Below, piece by piece: positions 58,684-64,000 of a stretch of 64,000 bases of DNA; position 1 is the stretch's first letter, and each line of letters starts with the position of its first letter. Made by a program: the position numbers and the translations under genes. The notes under the pieces were generated by a model. It was given only the letters and a program-made list of their open reading frames with translations, was not told the DNA's origin and did no database searches. Source of the stretch: Candidatus Pelagibacter sp. GTDB taxonomy: Bacteria; Pseudomonadota; Alphaproteobacteria; Pelagibacterales; Pelagibacteraceae. Location: the NCBI GenBank assembly GCA_036012475.1, contig DASCPI010000012.1, forward strand, positions 3,934 through 67,933. The letters run 5' to 3'.

Positions 58684-59404
58684 ATTTGTTCTCCATCAAC
58701 CACTTGTTTGTTTCCTTCAAGTCGCCGAATGTATAAATGTGGAAGAAATCAGTATGCGATTTAACTTTCCCAATTAAATCATTTGGGTCTTTAGGTTTCA
58801 TTAAATCTAACGCCTTAGCAAAATTAGATTTAAGAAAATTTAAGGAATTTTTTGCACCAACAATATTAGCAAATTTTATCAAGCTCGTTATTTTTAGTGG
58901 TCCAGTAATTCCAACATGAACTGGTATTTTTTTTTTAGAAATAAAATCTATGATCAACCGCGAATCTAATAACCATTGTGTTACTATATAGTCAGCGTAA
59001 GGCTTTTTATCTTTCATAGCTTTTTCTAATTTGGAATCGGATATATCAGGACTCCCCTCAGGATGTCCAGCGATTCCTATCTTAAGTCCTTCAAAATATC
59101 CAGTCTCCAAAATCTGAATTGAACTATCAAAAACACCGACGGGTTCACGACTTCCTCCGATCACTAAAGCTTGTTTGACCCCTAAATCTTTACATCTAGA
59201 AACGTAGTCATTTAGTTGAGCTTCATCAGTGATTGAACGAGCTGGAAAATGCGGAACTGGGTTAAAACCTTTTTTGACTAAATCTCCAGCTTTTTGGACT
59301 GTTTTGGTATAGTCGTCACCCGGCAACATAGTAATGTAAACATCTTTTATAGGAGGCAAAGTTTCTAGGTCAACATGAGGACCAATTTCTAGTGAGAAAT
59401 TCAT
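58676..59404 (-). CDS. metF: Methylenetetrahydrofolate reductase-like protein
   Basis: PVPHFPAR, IAGHPEG, IVTQW, HIYTFG. ATG at 59404 preferred. Confidence 0.78.
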   Translation of the reverse strand: MNFSLEIGPHVDLETLPPIKDVYITMLPGDDYTKTVQKAGDLVKKGFNPVPHFPARSITDEAQLNDYVSRCKDLGVKQALVIGGSREPVGVFDSSIQILETGYFEGLKIGIAGHPEGSPDISDSKLEKAMKDKKPYADYIVTQWLLDSRLIIDFISKKKIPVHVGITGPLKITSLIKFANIVGAKNSLNFLKSNFAKALDLMKPKDPNDLIGKVKSHTDFFHIYTFGDLKETNKWLMENKYV

Positions 59405-59633
59405 TGCCGGATAATTATCTATTTTAAAAAGCCTGTCTACAAAAATCATTCTTTAAACCTGTTAAAATTAGATGTAATATTTTCAAACTATGGAAAGCGT
59501 TAAGCAGAAATATCAACTAGGATTTTCGTTTAATATAATTTGTTGCACTGTCTTTAAACAGCCAATAATTAGAGAATCGTAAGATTGCCTCCTAACAAAA
59601 CACACTTCAAAATAACAAAATAAGGGGGTTTTA

Positions 59634-60838
59634 ATGAAGCAAGATGTTACAAAGGATTTGTCAGAAATAGTAGATATAAAAAAAATTGAAATAGTTAAGA
59701 AATCTATAACTGAATCGCATGGTTTACCTAACGAATGTTATACAGATGAAGAATATACAACAATTGAAAGAAAAAAAATATTCGAAGAAAAATGGTCAGT
59801 TATTGGAGTAGCAAATTCAGTTCCAAACCCAGGAGATGCAAGACCCTTTGATTTATTTGGTATTCCTTTAATAATTTTAAGAGATAAAAAAAATCAAATA
59901 AAAGTTTTTCACAATGTTTGTAGTCATAGAGGATATAAAATATTACAAAAACCTAAAAAAATTAATAATGTAATTAGATGTCCTTATCATTCATGGGCAT
60001 ATGATTTTGACGGAAACCTAGTAGCAACTCCACATATAGGAGGAATGAATAAAAATGAAGCTGAAGGTTTTGATAAATCGTGCAATAAACTTAAAGAAGT
60101 TAGATCTTATGTATGGTTAGATTTAATATTTGTTAACATTTCAAATAATGCAGAATCTTTTGAAGAATATATTAAACCATTAAGTGATCGTTGGTCTAAA
60201 TTTTGGACCAAAGAAGATCAAAAATTAATTAGACATCCGAAAGATCATGGTTACTTTCAACTAAAAGTAAAGTGCAATTGGAAATTTGCTATCGAAAATT
60301 ATTGTGAAAGCTATCATTTGCCATGGGTTCATCCAGGATTAAACTCATATTCAAAATTGAGCGATCATTATCATATTGAAAGTGATCTAAATAGATTTGC
60401 TGGACAAGGGACAATGGTTTACGATCCAAAATACAAATCGTCAAAAAAATTTCCATGTTTTCCTAATTGGCCAAAGAAAAAAAAAAATTTGCGGAATATG
60501 TGGCTCTTTTCCCAAATGTAATGCTAGGAATACACAAAGATCATTATTATGCTTACTGGCTGGAACCAATAAACCATGCTTACACATTAGAACATATGGA
60601 AGTTTATTATGTTGGCGACGAAGCTGCTTATTCTGGCAAATATAAAGAAATTAGAGAAGAAAACTGCAAACTATGGTTAGGAGTTCAATCAGAAGATATG
60701 AACATCATTGAAGGTATGCAAGCAGGAAGAAACTCTCCTTCATATAATGGAGGAAATTTTTCACCAGTAATGGATACACCAACTCATAATTTTCATAAAT
60801 GGGTTGCAACGAATTTAACGGAGCTATTAAATAGATAA
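59634..60838 (+). CDS. Rieske oxygenase alpha subunit (choline monooxygenase-like), split by a frameshift at an A11 run
   Basis: CSHRG...CPYHSW, NWK...ENYCESYH...VH in the first frame; LFPN, SED...EGMQAG in the second frame. Frames join at 60477-60487. Confidence 0.85.
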
Positions 60839-60844
60839 TATTAA

Positions 60845-62080
60845 ATGAGATTTAATAGAAAAATTGTTCCTCATTCAAAACCTACGCAAAATTTTATAAC
60901 CAAAAAAAGATTAAGAGAAGATGAAATAAATTTTGGTAAACTTAGATCTTATAGACTTGATAGAGTTAAAAAAGAATTAGAAAAAAATAATTTAGAAGCA
61001 TGCATATTATTTGATCCAGTAAACGTTAGGTACGCTTTAGACACTACAAATATGAGCGTTTATAATATGCATAATCTCACTAGATATTGTTTTGTTCCAG
61101 TTAATGGACCAGTAATACTATATGAGTATTTCAATTGCGAAGGCTTAGCTAGCCATTTGAATTTAATAAACGAGATAAGACCAGCAATAACTTGGGATTA
61201 TTTTAGTAATGGCGATCAAGCAAGTTCACAATTAAAAAAATGGATTAATGAAATTAAAGATTTATCAAATTCTTATTTTAAAAGTAAAAAAATTGCAATT
61301 GATGTTATTAATGGTCCAGCAGTAACAGCTTTAAATAAAGAAAATATTCAAGTAGTAGATGCTAAATTAATTCTTGAACAAGCAAGAGTTATCAAATCTG
61401 CTGAAGAGTTAAAATGCATGAAAGCCGCAATAGAAGTTGCTGAAATTGGTGTTACAAAAATGCGTAATGAATTAAAAGCTGGGATGACAGAAGATGAATT
61501 ATGGTCAATTTTACATAAAACAAATATTGAACACGGAGGAGAATGGATTGAATGTAGGATTTTATCTTCAGGAGAACGAACAAATCCATGGATGCAAGAA
61601 AGCAGCAACAAGATTATTAAAAGAGGAGAAATCGTATCATTCGATACTGATATGGTCGGCCCTTATGGATATTGTGCTGATATATCAAGAGCTTTTGTTG
61701 AAGGTCATAAGTTTAATGAAGATCAAAAAAAATTATATTTGATGGCTGTCGAACATATCAATTACAATGCAGAATTAATTAAACCTGGCTTACCATTTAA
61801 AGAGTTCACTGAAAAATCATGGAAACTTCCAGAAGAATATTATGGAAATAGATATTCATGCATGTTACATGGAATCGGTCTTTGCGATGAGTGGCCACAG
61901 ATAAAATACCCAACGGATGGTGGTCAAATAGAAGGCCATTTTGAAAAAAAAATGACCATTACAATTGAATCATATATCGGAAAGACTGGAGGTAAAGAGG
62001 GAGTTAAGTTAGAACAGCAATATCTTGTAGGTGAAAATAAGCTTGAATTACTATCACATCATCCGTTAGAAGAAGTTTAA
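60845..62080 (+). CDS. M24 metallopeptidase-fold enzyme, DddP-like
   Basis: FDPVNVRYA.DTTNM, GGEWIE, RTNPW.QE, FDTD, DISR, HGIGLCDEWP, KLE. Confidence 0.82.
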   Translation: MRFNRKIVPHSKPTQNFITKKRLREDEINFGKLRSYRLDRVKKELEKNNLEACILFDPVNVRYALDTTNMSVYNMHNLTRYCFVPVNGPVILYEYFNCEGLASHLNLINEIRPAITWDYFSNGDQASSQLKKWINEIKDLSNSYFKSKKIAIDVINGPAVTALNKENIQVVDAKLILEQARVIKSAEELKCMKAAIEVAEIGVTKMRNELKAGMTEDELWSILHKTNIEHGGEWIECRILSSGERTNPWMQESSNKIIKRGEIVSFDTDMVGPYGYCADISRAFVEGHKFNEDQKKLYLMAVEHINYNAELIKPGLPFKEFTEKSWKLPEEYYGNRYSCMLHGIGLCDEWPQIKYPTDGGQIEGHFEKKMTITIESYIGKTGGKEGVKLEQQYLVGENKLELLSHHPLEEV

Positions 62081-62487
62081 TGAAAATAATTTTAATAATG
62101 GGCCTGCCAGGGGCCGGTAAAACAACTTTAGCAAATGAATTAGCTACTTTAGTTAATTCAAAAAGATTGAATGCAGATGAAGTTAGAAGAGCGGCTAATG
62201 ATTGGGATTTTTCAGAAGAGGGCAGAAAAAGACAAGCTAAAAGAATGTCTGATTCAGCGTTTAAAATAAAAAGTGAAGGAAGCAATGTTATTGCTGATTT
62301 TATTTGTCCCACGACAGAAGCAAGAAAATTATTTCCTGCAGATTATATAGTTTGGGTCGATACGATTAAAAAAGGAAGATTTGAAGATACAAATCAAATG
62401 TTTGTAAAACCTGAAAAATATGATTTTCATGTGACCACACAAGATGCTAAGCTATGGGCATCAAAAATTGCAAAGGATATTAAATAA
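62080..62487 (+). CDS. Short adenylylsulfate-kinase-like P-loop kinase
   Basis: GLPGAGKTT, NADEVR, WDFSEEGR, ADFICP. Confidence 0.78.
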   Translation: MKIILIMGLPGAGKTTLANELATLVNSKRLNADEVRRAANDWDFSEEGRKRQAKRMSDSAFKIKSEGSNVIADFICPTTEARKLFPADYIVWVDTIKKGRFEDTNQMFVKPEKYDFHVTTQDAKLWASKIAKDIK

Positions 62488-62861
62488 TGTCTTACCAATG
62501 GGATAATAAAAAACCAACTACTCAGATGTTGGGGAGGTGGCAGCCATTTCACGATGGTCATTACGCATTATTTGAAAAAATTATTAAAAAAACCGGTCAA
62601 GTTTGCATTCAAATTAGAGATGTTCAAGGAATAGATGATAATCCATTTGATTTTGAAACAGTTAAGAAAAACATCGAAAAAAAACTAAACACAAAATATG
62701 AAGGTAGATTTAAAATTATACTAGTACCTAATATAACTAACATTTGTTACGGAAGAGGCGTTGGTTATAAAATAGAAGAGATAGTTGTGCCTGAAGAAAT
62801 ACAAAAAATCTCAGCTACAAAAATAAGAGCCAAAATGAGAGAAGACGGTAAGCTGGAATAA
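62487..62861 (+). CDS. Small HxGH nucleotidyltransferase (cytidyltransferase-like)
   Basis: GRWQPFHDGH, YGRGVGY, ISATKIR. Confidence 0.78.
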   Translation: MSYQWDNKKPTTQMLGRWQPFHDGHYALFEKIIKKTGQVCIQIRDVQGIDDNPFDFETVKKNIEKKLNTKYEGRFKIILVPNITNICYGRGVGYKIEEIVVPEEIQKISATKIRAKMREDGKLE

Positions 62862-63017
62862 GAGTTGATGGTTTGGCTGATTAAATGATTAAAAAAATAT
62901 CCATATATGGAAAAGTACTTCCAATTCATCGCTGCGATATGAAATATAAGAGATGAATAATTAGTTAATCTTCAAAAGCTAAGAAAAAAATATAAAAATA
63001 AGATAATAAGATAATTG

Positions 63018-64000
63018 GTGACTCAAATAAATAATCTAGAAGACATAGTAAAAAATGGTCTTTGTATTGGATGTGGGTTTTGTCAGAGTATTACTGGAAA
63101 AGATTCTATTGAAATTTCAATGTCATTAAAAGGTAGATTAGAACCCAAGGAAGTAAAAAAAATATCATCTGAAACATTTAATAAAATATTAAATACTTGT
63201 CCAGGTGTTATTGCTGAAGGTCTTCCAAAAGAACAAGTTGATTCAAAAACAAAACATGATTTAGTTTGGGGCTATTATTTAACTTTATGTTATGCATGGT
63301 CTACTGATAGTAAAATCAGATTTGAAAGTTCAACTGGTGGATTGTTAAATGGTTTATCTCTTTACTTACTAGAGTCAAAAAAAATAAAATTTATTATACA
63401 TACTGTAGCGGACCCTCAAAAACCAATGAGAAGTATATCTAAGTTTAGTTACAACAGAGATGATTTATTAAATTGTGAGAGCTGTTCAAGATATGGACCC
63501 GCATCACCACTAGATAAATTTCATGAAGCTTTAAACCTAAATGAACCTTTCGTTTTTGTTGGTAAGCCTTGCGATATTGGCGCAATAAGGCAGTTATCCA
63601 AAACAGATGAAAGAGTTAAAAAGTTATGTAAATATTTGTTAACTTTGGTTTGTGGAGGTTCAACAGAATTCACAAAATCGCAGGATTTTATCGAAAGTTT
63701 TAATGTCAAAGAAGATGAGTTAACTACTTTTAGATACAGAGGATTTGGAAATCCAGGAAGAATGTATATCAAAACAAAAGATGGAAGAGAGCATGATCGT
63801 TTATACAATTCTTTTTGGGGAGAGGAATCTACCTGGCGAGTTCATTTTAGATGCAAAATTTGTCCAGATGCAATAGGAGAAAGTTCTGACATTGCAGCAC
63901 TAGACACTTGGAGAGGAGGCTCGCCAAAAGGTGAAGATGAAGGTTTTAATGCAGCAATTGTTAGAACAAAAAATGGATTGGATTTATTAAATGAAGCTTC
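63018..64000 (+). CDS. Coenzyme F420 hydrogenase/dehydrogenase beta-subunit (FrhB) family Fe-S flavoprotein; runs off the right edge
   Basis: Not in the ORF track. From GTG at 63018: CIGCGFC, CPG, STGG, SRYGP, VGKPC, LVCGG, YRGFGNPG, RCKICPD. Confidence 0.82.
   Translation, partial: MTQINNLEDIVKNGLCIGCGFCQSITGKDSIEISMSLKGRLEPKEVKKISSETFNKILNTCPGVIAEGLPKEQVDSKTKHDLVWGYYLTLCYAWSTDSKIRFESSTGGLLNGLSLYLLESKKIKFIIHTVADPQKPMRSISKFSYNRDDLLNCESCSRYGPASPLDKFHEALNLNEPFVFVGKPCDIGAIRQLSKTDERVKKLCKYLLTLVCGGSTEFTKSQDFIESFNVKEDELTTFRYRGFGNPGRMYIKTKDGREHDRLYNSFWGEESTWRVHFRCKICPDAIGESSDIAALDTWRGGSPKGEDEGFNAAIVRTKNGLDLLNEA

Noticed and set aside
59405-59633. Possible glycine or THF riboswitch upstream of metF
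   Set aside because: Only weak short stems and no consensus match; a repeated tctttaaac is too short to support in AT-rich DNA.
2703-63808. Many short antisense or overlapping ORFs in the track (e.g. 4819-5166, 12935-13300, 34397-34822, 38286-38843, 47913-48344, 63521-63808)
   Set aside because: They lie within well-supported genes and show no recognisable motifs; treated as shadow ORFs.

Overview
Very AT-rich, densely packed chromosomal window. Gene content, gene order and a tandem SAM-II/SAM-V riboswitch point to a SAR11 ('Candidatus Pelagibacter') alphaproteobacterium (inference). 1-6.7 kb: formate dehydrogenase and molybdenum cofactor genes, a DMT transporter and an amidinotransferase. 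6.7-11 kb: a rearranged accessory segment (gshB, gshA, Asp/Glu-racemase-family gene, unannotated 49-aa ORF, GNAT, a multi-hairpin candidate ncRNA and an 8-codon ORF with a perfect Shine-Dalgarno), bracketed by a degenerate 36-bp direct repeat that reads as a signal-peptide start. 11-15 kb: NnrU, MFS, DMT and riboswitch-controlled bhmT. 15-53 kb: streamlined core genes (pur, dnaB, ribosomal proteins, fab, lpt, pepA, aspS, acc, thiSG, rne, PBP1A, frameshifted prfB), including an orphan NrdJ C-terminal domain. 53-64 kb: a probable methylated-osmolyte/C1 catabolic neighbourhood (atypical dipeptidase operon, GcvT-like protein plus MetF, Rieske oxygenase split at an A11 run, DddP-like M24 enzyme), then a mini kinase/nucleotidyltransferase pair and an FrhB-like gene. 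I saw no rRNA, tRNA, CRISPR array, transposase or integrase. All calls are from motif recognition by eye; no searches were run.
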